From an uncultured Chloroflexia bacterium (lineage in GTDB: Bacteria; Chloroflexota; Chloroflexia; QHBQ01; JADMIH01), in NCBI GenBank assembly GCA_963797095.1, contig CAWCNY010000005.1, positions 576,001 to 640,000 on the forward strand: DNA of 64,000 bases, in the 5' to 3' direction. A program made the translations under genes and the position numbers. This document shows, in pieces, positions 21,410 to 30,346 of this stretch (positions are counted from its first letter, which is position 1; each line of letters opens with the position of its first letter). Under the pieces are notes generated by a model. It made no database searches, was not told where the DNA came from, and saw only the letters and a list, made by a program, of their open reading frames with translations.

Positions 21410-22705
21410 CTAGCGCCCCATACCTATATATTGCAGTCCTGCCGACCTTATCTCGGTGCGGTCCAGGCTGTTGCGGCCATCCAGCACAAGCCTGTACCCT
21501 TTGGCCGCCAGCGCCCCCCAGTCAATTGAGCGGTAACCCTCATGGTGGGCCTGCAAGATCACGGCATCGCCCGTGGGGATATCGTCTAGCGGAACAGCAC
21601 TCACGCCGAACTGCTCGATCTCCTTGTCGGTGTAGAGTGGGTCGTTCACAAGTGGGGTGGCTCCAGCCTCCTTAAGCTCCTCGATCAGGCGCACCGCCCC
21701 CGAAAAGGCGATCTCTTTAACGTTCTCACGGTAGGACAGTCCGAGGATCAACACTCGTTTGCCTTTCAGGCCACCCAGCGCTTCTGATACTCGTTCGAGT
21801 GCCCAGGCCGACATGGTATCGTTCACCTGGCGGGCGGTGCGTGGGAGGTTCATCTCACCCTCGCCTGCGCTGTTGATCAGGAAATAGGGATAGACCGGGA
21901 TGCAGTGCCCCCCGACCGCTATGCCCGGCCTCAGGATATGTGAGTATGGCTGGGAATTGGCCGCAAAGATCGCTTCGTCTATGGGCAACCCGCGTGCCTC
22001 GGCGAAGCGGGCAAACTCGTTGGCTAAGGCTATGTTCACATCTCGGTACGTGGTCTCTATCAGCTTCACAAGCTCGGCGGTGTCCGCGTTCTGGGTGGTC
22101 AGGGTGCCCGCACCTTCAAGCACCTTCATGTAGAACTGGTTGGCATGCTCGGTGCATTCTTTGGTGAGGCCGCCCACCACCTTCGGGTATTGCCTCAGGT
22201 CGCGAAAGATGCGGCCACTGTAGACCCGCTCAGGGCTGAAGGCTAGCCGGAAGCCTCGCCCTACTCTTAGTCTGGATCGCTGCTCCAGAATAGGAGCGAA
22301 GCGGGTGCGGGTGGTGCCCACCGGGAGGGTGGTCTCGTAGATGACGAGGGTGCCCGGCTGCAATCCCGCGCCCACCGAGGCGGTGGCGGCATCAATGCTT
22401 CTGAAATCGACTTGATGCGTTGATTCGTCGACGAGCACAGGCACGATAATAACCACCACGTTGCTCTGGCGCACCGCTGCCGTGGTATCGGTGGTGGCGG
22501 TCAGGTAGCCTGAGGCCACGGCATCGCGCACGCGCTCTTCGAGGCCCGGCTCCTCCTTGATGTGAGAGTGCCCGGCGTTGATGGTCGCCACCACTTCGGG
22601 GTTGATGTCGCAGCCTATAACGCGCTGGCCGCTGTGCACGAATTGAGCCGCAAGCGGGAGGCCTATCTTCCCTAACCCCACTACAGCCACTGTGTACTCA
22701 GACAA
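21410..22705 (-). CDS. UDP-N-acetylhexosamine 6-dehydrogenase (WbpA/WecC family)
   Basis: VVGLGKIGLP, FSPER, KLIETTYRDVNIALANE and GGHCIP. Confidence 0.9.
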   Translation of the reverse strand: MSEYTVAVVGLGKIGLPLAAQFVHSGQRVIGCDINPEVVATINAGHSHIKEEPGLEERVRDAVASGYLTATTDTTAAVRQSNVVVIIVPVLVDESTHQVDFRSIDAATASVGAGLQPGTLVIYETTLPVGTTRTRFAPILEQRSRLRVGRGFRLAFSPERVYSGRIFRDLRQYPKVVGGLTKECTEHANQFYMKVLEGAGTLTTQNADTAELVKLIETTYRDVNIALANEFARFAEARGLPIDEAIFAANSQPYSHILRPGIAVGGHCIPVYPYFLINSAGEGEMNLPRTARQVNDTMSAWALERVSEALGGLKGKRVLILGLSYRENVKEIAFSGAVRLIEELKEAGATPLVNDPLYTDKEIEQFGVSAVPLDDIPTGDAVILQAHHEGYRSIDWGALAAKGYRLVLDGRNSLDRTEIRSAGLQYIGMGR

Positions 22706-23744
22706 GGCTCTCTCCCATTTCTATCACTCTCCCATTCATGCCTGCTTGCACCAGCTTTTGTACTATTGCGAGGGCGGCTATGCCGTCTTCTGCCGATACT
22801 ACCGGTGCATCTTCGCCCCTTGTGGCGCTGAGGAATGTTTCAAGCTCGATCCTCAATGGTTCAGACTTGTCGATCCGGAGGCGCACCATATCGCCTTCGC
22901 TCACGCCTGAGATATTGGAGATGGTGTCCCAGTCGGTCTTGACGTAGTTGTTTTCGTAGAAGTAGAGGTCCTGCGTCAGGTAGTTGACGTGGAACATGCC
23001 GCGCTCGCCTGTGATCATCAGCTCGCGTATCTTGGTGGGGGTCAGCCAGTTGATATCGAGCACTCCGATTATGCCATCCTGAAACCTGAGAAGGCCCGAT
23101 ACGAGGTCTTCGTGCTGGGTGTGTATCTGGCGGGCGGTCTCGGCGTAGACGCGCTGCACTTCGACTCCGCTCAGCCAGCGCATGATGTCAACGTCATGGG
23201 TGGCCAGGTCGATTACCACACCTACATCGCGGACGCGAGGGGGGAAGGGGCCAAGCCTGCGGGCGTGCATCTTGAATACTCGTCCCAACTCGCCCGCCCG
23301 CAGGCGGCTGAACAACTCGACTATGGCGGGATTGTAGCGTTCTATGTGGCCGACAGCGAGGAGCACGCCCGCCTGTTGGGCTGCCTGCATCAGCTCGCGA
23401 CCTTCCTCTACAGTGGAGGCTATCGGCTTTTCGACTAGCACATGTATGCGGCGTGCAAGGGCGTCTAACACCACCTGGCGGTGCAGAGCGGTCGGTACGG
23501 CCACTATCACGGCATCGGGCTTTTGTCCATCCAGCATCTGGAGGTAGTCGGTGTAAGACGGGATGCCGAAGCGGCGCGCCGCCCGCTGTGCGGTGGACTC
23601 ATCGGCATCGGCCAAGGCTATAAGGTTGGCGCTATCGATGTCGTGCAGGACGCGCAGGTGGTTGCGGCCCATCGCGCCCGCGCCTATGACGGCTACGCGC
23701 TGCGGGTTATTCTGGGTTACGGTGGAGGATTGGGTGTTGGTCAT
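22698..23744 (-). CDS. Gfo/Idh/MocA oxidoreductase, WbpB/WlbA-like sugar 3-dehydrogenase
   Basis: GAGAMGRNH, VEKPIA, GHIERYNP and DLATHD; gene context. Confidence 0.85.
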   Translation of the reverse strand: MTNTQSSTVTQNNPQRVAVIGAGAMGRNHLRVLHDIDSANLIALADADESTAQRAARRFGIPSYTDYLQMLDGQKPDAVIVAVPTALHRQVVLDALARRIHVLVEKPIASTVEEGRELMQAAQQAGVLLAVGHIERYNPAIVELFSRLRAGELGRVFKMHARRLGPFPPRVRDVGVVIDLATHDVDIMRWLSGVEVQRVYAETARQIHTQHEDLVSGLLRFQDGIIGVLDINWLTPTKIRELMITGERGMFHVNYLTQDLYFYENNYVKTDWDTISNISGVSEGDMVRLRIDKSEPLRIELETFLSATRGEDAPVVSAEDGIAALAIVQKLVQAGMNGRVIEMGESLV

Positions 23745-24018
23745 TCGGTGTCGAGCCTGAGTTGTTTGATGGTTTGGTATACCCCAATGGATACTATTCT
23801 GTATTTTATCTCCTTTTTCATTGTCTCGTTGTTTTTGGGTGTATTCTTCCCTCTACTTAGTAAATGACATTACTCCCCGGATTCTGGACAGGAAATTGGT
23901 ACGAATCTGATAGAGTTTTCCACATCCTTGCGATCTTTGGAAGGGTTAGGCCTGGATAGCGTAGATCAACGCGCCTTTCCTCATGTAACTGTCTCTGGAA
24001 AACCTCTCCGTCCCTCTC

Positions 24019-24125
24019 TGCCATCCTGAGCGAAGGACCTCGATCCTGTCGAACATCTCTTGGGATGACTCGCTCCCCACGATGATCTTGGAGAGCGAGA
24101 TCCTTCGCCTCGCTCAGGATGACAA
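24019..24125. repeat. Intergenic inverted-repeat element (CATCCTGAGCG...CGCTCAGGATG)
   Basis: Arms TGCCATCCTGAGCGAAGGACCTCG and CGAGATCCTTCGCCTCGCTCAGGATGACA. Confidence 0.65.
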
Positions 24126-24167
24126 GGTGGGCATGGGAGGCTACTCCTAAGAGCTCCGCAAGGGATT

Positions 24168-24191
24168 GGGCGAGGCATGCCTCGCTCCTAG
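24168..24191. repeat. REP-like palindrome GCGAGGCATGCCTCGC
   Basis: Perfect 16-bp palindrome; a related copy lies near 47911-47932. Confidence 0.6.
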
Positions 24192-24210
24192 AGGTTGGAT
24201 TGGTTGGCGG

Positions 24211-25290
24211 CTAAAGGGTGTTGACTGCCTCCAATATGGTTTCGAGGTCTTGCTGGGTGAGGCCTGGATGAACGGGGAGGGAGAGGACTTCGCGGGCGGC
24301 TCGCTCGGATTCGGGGAAGGATTGGCCGCCGTAGCCGAGGTCGAGATAGAGTTGCTGGCGGTGGACAGGCACGGGATAGTAGATCTCGGTGCCGATGCCG
24401 CGCTCGGCCAGCTTGCGGCGGGCTTCGTCGCGGTCGAGGGGAGGGAGAACGCGCACGGTGTACTGGTGGAAGACATGGCGAGTGCCTGGGCGCACCTGCG
24501 GCACCTGCACCTTGTCGGCGGAGAGATGGGCGCTGAGATAGGCGGCGTTGGCGATGCGGCGCCCGTTGAAGTCTTCGAGCTTGGGGAGCTGAGCTTTGCC
24601 TATGGCGGCGTGGATGTTGGTCATGCGGAAGTTGTAGCCGAGGCTCTCGTGGTAGTAGCGTACCCTCATGCCGTGCGCCCTGGCGAGTCGTGCGCGGTCG
24701 GCTGCGCAATCGTCGTCTGTGGTGACCATGCCCCCTTCTCCGGTGGTGATGTTCTTGGTGGGGTAGAAGGAGAAACAGCCTGTGCCCCAACTGCCTGCGC
24801 GCTTGCCACCTATTTCGGCCCCGTGTGCCTGGGCCGCATCTTCGATGATCAGCAGGTTGTGCCGCCGGGCGATCTCAGCTATGCGCGGCATATCGGCGGG
24901 ATTGCCGAACAGGTCGATAGGCATGATGGCCTTTGTGTGCTTCGTTATGACGGCCTCTATAGCGTCCACGTCGATGTTATAGGTAGCGGGGTCGATATCG
25001 ACAAAGACCGGTTTGGCACCCACGTACAGGACCGAGTTGGAGGAGGCTATGAAGGTAAACGGAGTAGTGATAACCTCGTCGCCGGGGCCGATCTCGTGGG
25101 CCAGCAAGGCTACATGGAGGGCGGTGGTGCCGTTGCTGGTGGCGATGGCGTGCTTAACGCCACAATAGGCGGCGAACTCCTGCTCGAACTCGGCAACGAC
25201 GCTGCCCTGGGCTAGCTGGCCGGAGTCGAGCACTGCCATTACAGCCGCTTTTTCTTCTTCCCCGATCTGTGGCCGGGCGATGTTGATCAT
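24211..25290 (-). CDS. DegT/DnrJ/EryC1/StrS aminotransferase (WbpE-like)
   Basis: NGTTALH, EDAAQAHGA, SFYPTKN (PLP lysine) and GEGG. Confidence 0.92.
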   Translation of the reverse strand: MINIARPQIGEEEKAAVMAVLDSGQLAQGSVVAEFEQEFAAYCGVKHAIATSNGTTALHVALLAHEIGPGDEVITTPFTFIASSNSVLYVGAKPVFVDIDPATYNIDVDAIEAVITKHTKAIMPIDLFGNPADMPRIAEIARRHNLLIIEDAAQAHGAEIGGKRAGSWGTGCFSFYPTKNITTGEGGMVTTDDDCAADRARLARAHGMRVRYYHESLGYNFRMTNIHAAIGKAQLPKLEDFNGRRIANAAYLSAHLSADKVQVPQVRPGTRHVFHQYTVRVLPPLDRDEARRKLAERGIGTEIYYPVPVHRQQLYLDLGYGGQSFPESERAAREVLSLPVHPGLTQQDLETILEAVNTL

Positions 25291-25301
25291 GTTAGTACTC
25301 C

Positions 25302-25384
25302 ATACGTGATACGTGATACGTTAGGATAGCGTTAGGACGAGGGATGAGTGACGAGGGATGAGTGACGAGGGATGAGTGACGAGT
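25302..25384. repeat. Heptamer-based tandem repeats: (TACGTGA)n and (GACGAGGGATGAGT)x3
   Basis: Read directly in the wbpD-wbpE spacer. Confidence 0.8.
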
Positions 25385-25404
25385 TGCTTATTCCTTGATT
25401 GGTG

Positions 25405-25989
25405 TTATTTGGGTATGTCTAGTGCGATTTCTCGGGCGCAGTGGGGGCATTTCCAGATGTCTTGTTCTTTTGGCTCCAGTTTGTGGCCGCAGGGGCAGGC
25501 CCATCCTCTGAGGCGGGCGGGATTGCCGTATGCTAGACCGTAGTCGGGGATGTCGCGTGTTACCACCGAACCTGCGCCTATCATGGCCCAGCGGCCTATG
25601 GTTACTCCTGGTACTATTATCGACCCGGCACCAATGGATGCGCCTTCCTTTACTAATACGTGGCCTAGCTCCCAGTCGTCATCGCTCTTGAGGGTGCCAT
25701 CGGGGTTGATGGCCCTGGGAAGGCGGTCGTTGGTGAATATCACATGGGGGCCGACGAAGACGCCGCTTTCAAGCTCTACACCATGATAGACGCTTGAGCG
25801 GTTCTGAATCTTAACATTGTTACCGATGTGCACTCCGAAGTCTATGTAAACACCTTTGCCTAGAATGCAATTGCGCCCGATCACTGCGCCCTCACGTACC
25901 TGGGCTTCGTGCCAAACGCGCGTACCCTCGCCCAGTGTGGCTTTGGGTGATACGTCGGCTGTGGGATGGATGTAGATGTTTGGGTTCAT
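25405..25989 (-). CDS. Hexapeptide-repeat N-acetyltransferase (WbpD/WlbB-like)
   Basis: IHPTADV, VWH, FTND-x-PR, GNPAR and a C-terminal CPCG...CPHC knuckle. Confidence 0.9.
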   Translation of the reverse strand: MNPNIYIHPTADVSPKATLGEGTRVWHEAQVREGAVIGRNCILGKGVYIDFGVHIGNNVKIQNRSSVYHGVELESGVFVGPHVIFTNDRLPRAINPDGTLKSDDDWELGHVLVKEGASIGAGSIIVPGVTIGRWAMIGAGSVVTRDIPDYGLAYGNPARLRGWACPCGHKLEPKEQDIWKCPHCAREIALDIPK

Positions 25990-25994
25990 GGTGG

Positions 25995-26045
25995 GTGGCG
26001 AGTGGCGAGTGGCGAGTGGCGAGTGGCGAGTGGCGAGTGGCGAGT
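25995..26045. repeat. Heptamer tandem repeat (GTGGCGA)x7
   Basis: Directly upstream of the wbpD-like start codon. Confidence 0.9.
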
Positions 26046-26063
26046 ATTAGCAGTAGTGGTTGT

Positions 26064-27128
26064 TCAGGCGTTGGATAGTAGGTTGGCTATGGCCTGGGAT
26101 GCCTGGCCGTCGCCGTAGAGGTTTGGCGGGGTGTTGGCCGGGCGGGGTTTGGATAGGGCGGCAAGGATTTGGGCGGGGTTGGTGCCTGCCAGGGTATTCC
26201 AGCCGCACTCAACCGTTTCTACCCATTCGGTTTCTTCGCGCAGGGTAATACATGGCACACCTAACCAAAGAGCTTCTTTTTGGACGCCGCCAGAATCGGT
26301 CAGGATGGCGCTCGCGTGCCTTTCGAGGGCCAGCATCTCAAGATAGGAGACAGGCTCGGTGGCGATGATGTTGTCGCCTGGTACAATGCCTGCTTCCTGA
26401 ATAGCTTTGCGGGTGCGGGGGTGGATCGGAAAGACGACGGGCTGCCCGGCCATGCTCAGGGCAGATATGATAGCCGCAAGGTTAGCTGGATCATCGGTGT
26501 TTGAAGCACGATGCACGGTGGCTAGTAAATAGCCATTGCTTTGGACACCTAGCCTTGATAGGACCGCATCGGCATCGCTTCCTTTTTGCTCTACGGCCCA
26601 CAGGATGGCATCGAACATAACGTCACCAACGATATAGACGCCTTCGCGTATACCCTCTTGCTCAAGATTGTAGGCAGCTACACCTGTGGGGCAGAATAGG
26701 AGGGAGGAGAGCCTGTCGGCCAGCACGCGGTTGATCTCTTCGGGCATAGCGCGGTTGAAAGAGCGCAGGCCAGCCTCGACATGGGCAACGGGTATGGATA
26801 GCTTGGCGGCGGCAAGCGCCCCGGCCAGGGTGGAGTTGGTGTCGCCATAGATGAGGACGCAATCGGGCTTTTGGTCGAGGAGGACCGACTCAATGCCAGT
26901 TAGCATGGCGGCGGTCTGCGATGCGTTGGTGCCTGAGCCGACACCCAGGTTGTAGTCGGGAGGGCGCAGACCCAGTTCATCGAAGAAGACGGCAGACATG
27001 GCCCGATCATAGTGCTGGCCTGTGTGAAGGGATATTTCAGTGATGCCTGCGCGCTGGAGGGCGCGGCTTACAGGTGCGGCTTTTATAAATTGTGGACGAG
27101 CACCTACTACGGAAAGAATCTTCTTCAT
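26064..27128 (-). CDS. wecB: Non-hydrolysing UDP-GlcNAc 2-epimerase (WecB/WbpI-like)
   Basis: VGARPQFIK, HTGQHYD, GDTNSTLA, HVEAGLRS and TDSGGVQKEA. Confidence 0.93.
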   Translation of the reverse strand: MKKILSVVGARPQFIKAAPVSRALQRAGITEISLHTGQHYDRAMSAVFFDELGLRPPDYNLGVGSGTNASQTAAMLTGIESVLLDQKPDCVLIYGDTNSTLAGALAAAKLSIPVAHVEAGLRSFNRAMPEEINRVLADRLSSLLFCPTGVAAYNLEQEGIREGVYIVGDVMFDAILWAVEQKGSDADAVLSRLGVQSNGYLLATVHRASNTDDPANLAAIISALSMAGQPVVFPIHPRTRKAIQEAGIVPGDNIIATEPVSYLEMLALERHASAILTDSGGVQKEALWLGVPCITLREETEWVETVECGWNTLAGTNPAQILAALSKPRPANTPPNLYGDGQASQAIANLLSNA

Positions 27129-27157
27129 AAATGTGATGCCTGCGTGGGCCAAAGGGT

Positions 27158-27187
27158 ATTATACCACCCTCATGTGGGAGGTCGCAA
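27158..27187 (-). promoter_or_regulatory. Putative sigma70 promoter of the sugar-nucleotide operon
   Basis: TTGCGA-N18-TATAAT with an extended TG on the minus strand. Confidence 0.5.
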
Positions 27188-27205
27188 AGGGTTTTGCAGG
27201 CTATG

Positions 27206-27369
27206 CAGGGCGGGTGCAAAGTCAGGCGTCAATGCGAAGTTAGCTGGTTGGGCAACCGTGACCGGCATATTGCCAGGTCCGGCTAGGCGTCAATGGCAAG
27301 AGCTACTTTCTCGGAAAGGGTTCCAGCGACCATAATTGCGGGTTCATGCCTGACTTTGCATCCGCCCTG
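27206..27369. mobile_element. 164-bp MITE with ISAs1-like ends
   Basis: 24-bp TIRs (22/24 match, CAGGGCGG[G/A]TGCAAAGTCAGGC[G/A]T) flanked by a 10-bp direct repeat GCAGGCTATG (27196-27205, 27370-27379). Confidence 0.88.
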
Positions 27370-27453
27370 GCAGGCTATGGGTTCGTGTGCAACCTGCAAA
27401 CCTGAACTAAGATTTCGCGAGGTCCTGTGTTTAGCGTTATTCTGAGGAAGTAA

Positions 27454-28491
27454 TTAGCTTGCCTGGATGGGTCTGCCGGAGGCTGCTTCCTGGGGAGTGT
27501 TGTCTGCCAGGCCGCGAAATATGGTCATTATGTCCTGCTGGACGGCAGAGCGTGCAACCCGAATGGCGTTCTTGATGGCTTTGGCATTGGAGCGGCCATG
27601 AGGCTTGATGAGGATGCCGTCGACGCCCATCACAATTGAGCCACCATACTCGGCATAGTCGAGACGGTTGGCGATGCGCCTGAAGTTGGAGCGCAGGGCA
27701 GCGGCCAGGAGCTTGGAGAACAGGGAGGAGGTAAGCTCGGCGCGGATGGAGTTGAAGATCATTTTGCCCACACCTTCGGTTGTCTTGATGATCACATTGC
27801 CTGTAAAGCCATCGGTAATGACCACATCGGCCACGCCAGCCGGGATGTCTTTGCCTTCGATGTTGCCGATGAAGTTGAGATCGCTCTCTCGGAGGAGCTT
27901 GAAGGCTTCCTGCACAAGCTCGGAGCCTTTGATCTCCTCTTCGCCGTTGGAAACGAGAGCGACGCGCGGGTTGGGCACTGCTAGGACTCGTTCTGTATAG
28001 ACCGCGCCCATGCGCGCCCATTGCAACAGATAGTGGGGCTTGGCGTCGGGGGTCGCACCTACATCGGCGAGGAAAACCTTGCCGATGTTGCCCATAGCCG
28101 GGAAGGGAACGCCGAGGGCAGGGCGGTCGATACCGGACACGCGCCTGAGTATGAACGTTCCACCCGCCACTACCGCGCCCGTGTTGCCGCCGGAGACGAC
28201 AGCGTCCACTTTGCCACCGGCAAGCAGGTGAAGGGCCACGGAAAGAGAGGAGTCGGGCTGACGCCGCCATGCGGTAGAGGGTTGGTGTTCGTCCATAGGG
28301 ATCACGGAGGCAGCAGGCTCGATGGGTAGGGAAAGACCGGTGGTATTGGCTTTGCCAAGCTCGCTTTGTAGAGCACCAGGATTGCCTACGAGCACGATCT
28401 CTATTTCGTATTCCCTGGCGGCCAGCACTGCACCGGCCACCGTTTCGACAGGAGCATTATCCCCGCCCATAGCGTCAAGCGCGATTCTCAT
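27454..28491 (-). CDS. plsX: Phosphate acyltransferase PlsX
   Basis: IALDAMGGDNAP, GNTGA, IDRPAL, DGFTGNV and HGRS. Confidence 0.96.
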   Translation of the reverse strand: MRIALDAMGGDNAPVETVAGAVLAAREYEIEIVLVGNPGALQSELGKANTTGLSLPIEPAASVIPMDEHQPSTAWRRQPDSSLSVALHLLAGGKVDAVVSGGNTGAVVAGGTFILRRVSGIDRPALGVPFPAMGNIGKVFLADVGATPDAKPHYLLQWARMGAVYTERVLAVPNPRVALVSNGEEEIKGSELVQEAFKLLRESDLNFIGNIEGKDIPAGVADVVITDGFTGNVIIKTTEGVGKMIFNSIRAELTSSLFSKLLAAALRSNFRRIANRLDYAEYGGSIVMGVDGILIKPHGRSNAKAIKNAIRVARSAVQQDIMTIFRGLADNTPQEAASGRPIQAS

Positions 28492-28632
28492 TGCAAGTTC
28501 CTGTTTCTAGGATTGAAGTTTGAGATTTGAGCTACCGGAACGAGGGTTGTGTTCCTGTAGCATCGAGATGGGGCCATTATACACAAAATCGTCGGATGGG
28601 CTTGCTAGCAACCGGCGAGGGTTGAGATTAAA

Positions 28633-28660
28633 GCAAAAAGCGGCTTTCGCCGCTCTTTGC
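28633..28660 (-). terminator. Rho-independent terminator
   Basis: On the minus strand, AGCGGC-GAAA-GCCGCT followed by a T tract. Confidence 0.7.
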
Positions 28661-28788
28661 ACCGTGTGAGATAACCTTTAGCCACCCGGTTAGACCACCC
28701 AGAAAGCCCCGAATCTCTCTAAACAAGTCTCCTTTGCAGCCAGGCCATCTTTGAATTCAAAGCGTTAGATGAATATCTTAAGCCCTTT
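28633..28788 (-). ncRNA. Candidate ~155-nt small RNA of unknown class
   Basis: Minus-strand TTGTGG-N17-TATACT promoter (28794-28822, extended -10) and a terminator ~155 nt downstream, with no convincing ORF between them. Confidence 0.4.
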
Positions 28789-28926
28789 ATCGAAGTATAG
28801 CAAATGTGGAAAACTCCCACAATAGGTCTAAGGTCGTATCTGGGGTAGGACTCTTGTCGCTCGTTTGTGCGTAATGCGGGACGCTGGGCGAGGAGTGACG
28901 AGTGACGAATGGCGCGCAGAAGTGAC

Positions 28927-29877
28927 TTATCGCGTTTCTTCCAGGCCTGCCAGGATGTCATCTTCGGAGTCGGGGGCCGGAACGCGGCTGGCTACCAGGC
29001 TGTAGTGTTCTGAGCCCATTGCAAACTCGGCTATGTCCTGGGGCATTGTGGTAAAGAGTCCGTTGGGATCGAACTGAGTGCGATGCTGGCGAGCTGATTC
29101 CATCTTTTCGGCAAGGAATGGGCGCACGTCTATTCTGGTGGTGACGGAAGGGGGTACATATTCGGGGGCCTTTTCTTCCGCCTTGTTGTCGGCGCTCTCG
29201 GTTATTTCTTCAACCTCTTTCTCTACGGCTTCTTCGGTGCTCTGATGCTCAGGATCGGCGTCTTGCTGCTCTTCTTCGTCCCAGGGCCACTTGAGGCCGC
29301 GTTCCTTGTACATGTCGTGGGCTTTTATCCAGCCTTCCTCGTTCCAGTGTGTGTAATAGAGCTTGAGAGGGATCCACGGCTCGCCCAGCTCGGGGGCGAA
29401 TGTGGGATCACCCGCGAGATCGAAAGCGCGGTGGGTGACTTTGTTGCACTGTATGTGATCGGGGTGCCCGTAAGCCCCGTTTTCGTCATAAGTGACCATT
29501 ATTTGGGGCTTATACTTGCGCACCAATTCCACAAGCCTGCGCGTAACGACATCGAGGTCGGCGTTATGGAAGTTGGCGGGATTAGCGTTGGCGTCTGTAC
29601 CAGCCATACCGCTATCTCTATAGCCCAGCATTTCGAGGGTACCGATTTCAAGGAGGGCTGTGCCTCGACGTAACTCTTCGCGTCTGATCTCACCCAGGCG
29701 TGGGCGGGCCTCATCGGGGTTAAGGTCGGGATCTCTTATCTCGCCTTCTTCGCCACCGGTTGCCGTGACCAGTACGGTGCGGACGCCTCGTCGCGCGTAG
29801 GATAGGAGAGTGCCTCCTGTGAATACGACTTCATCATCCGGATGAGCGTGAACAGCCATGATTGTAAATTGCTTCAC
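28927..29877 (-). CDS. PIG-L family deacetylase, Mca/MshB-like
   Basis: HAHPDDE, ATGGEEGEI, DSGMAG and YGHPDH. Confidence 0.88.
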   Translation of the reverse strand: MKQFTIMAVHAHPDDEVVFTGGTLLSYARRGVRTVLVTATGGEEGEIRDPDLNPDEARPRLGEIRREELRRGTALLEIGTLEMLGYRDSGMAGTDANANPANFHNADLDVVTRRLVELVRKYKPQIMVTYDENGAYGHPDHIQCNKVTHRAFDLAGDPTFAPELGEPWIPLKLYYTHWNEEGWIKAHDMYKERGLKWPWDEEEQQDADPEHQSTEEAVEKEVEEITESADNKAEEKAPEYVPPSVTTRIDVRPFLAEKMESARQHRTQFDPNGLFTTMPQDIAEFAMGSEHYSLVASRVPAPDSEDDILAGLEETR

Positions 29878-30056
29878 TTTGCTGTACCTCGGTCTTTATG
29901 GTTTTGGGGATTAGTTGGCAGCCTTTTCCCTAGTATAAAACTTTCGGTCAGACTGTGTGAGCAGGGCTTTCAGGGGAGCCAGCCATGACCCTGAGGGTCA
30001 CCAGCGTGTAATGAAAATGAGGGGCTGGCGCGCTCCGTGCTGTGCTATATTCCAGA

Positions 30057-30288
30057 CACTCTGAGCGCAACAAGGTCGGGATACGTTGGTGCATGCAGCT
30101 TTGCTGCCGCGAGCCCGCAGGAGGAGTCTGACCCTGGTGTCCTAAGGCACCGTTGATTGTTGCTCCCGACAGCTACTACTCGGCGTATCCGGGTAACTGT
30201 AACAAGTTTGATAAGCCTGGTAACCCTGGTAACCTGAAGGGAAGCACGTAGAGCAGAATTCTACTAATAGGTGGACACCATGCTCAGT
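30057..30288 (+). ncRNA. Candidate IS110 bridge/seek RNA, copy 1
   Basis: Non-coding leader with blocks conserved in copy 2. Pairings are CTGAGC/GCTCAG, CAACAA/TTGTTG, GGTC/GACC, CTCCC/GGGAAG and GGTGTCC/GGACACC. An extended -10 (TGCTATATT) lies just upstream. Confidence 0.65.
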
Positions 30289-30346
30289 TGTCTTGCAAGC
30301 AACTAAACAGACAAGTAATCAGGCAACCGGACAGGAGGTATCTGCT

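Noticed and set aside
24166-25215. 349-aa plus-strand ORF
   Set aside because: Antisense shadow of the DegT aminotransferase.
25302-26045. Possible CRISPR array
   Set aside because: The units are 7-14 bp and contiguous, with no spacers and no cas genes.
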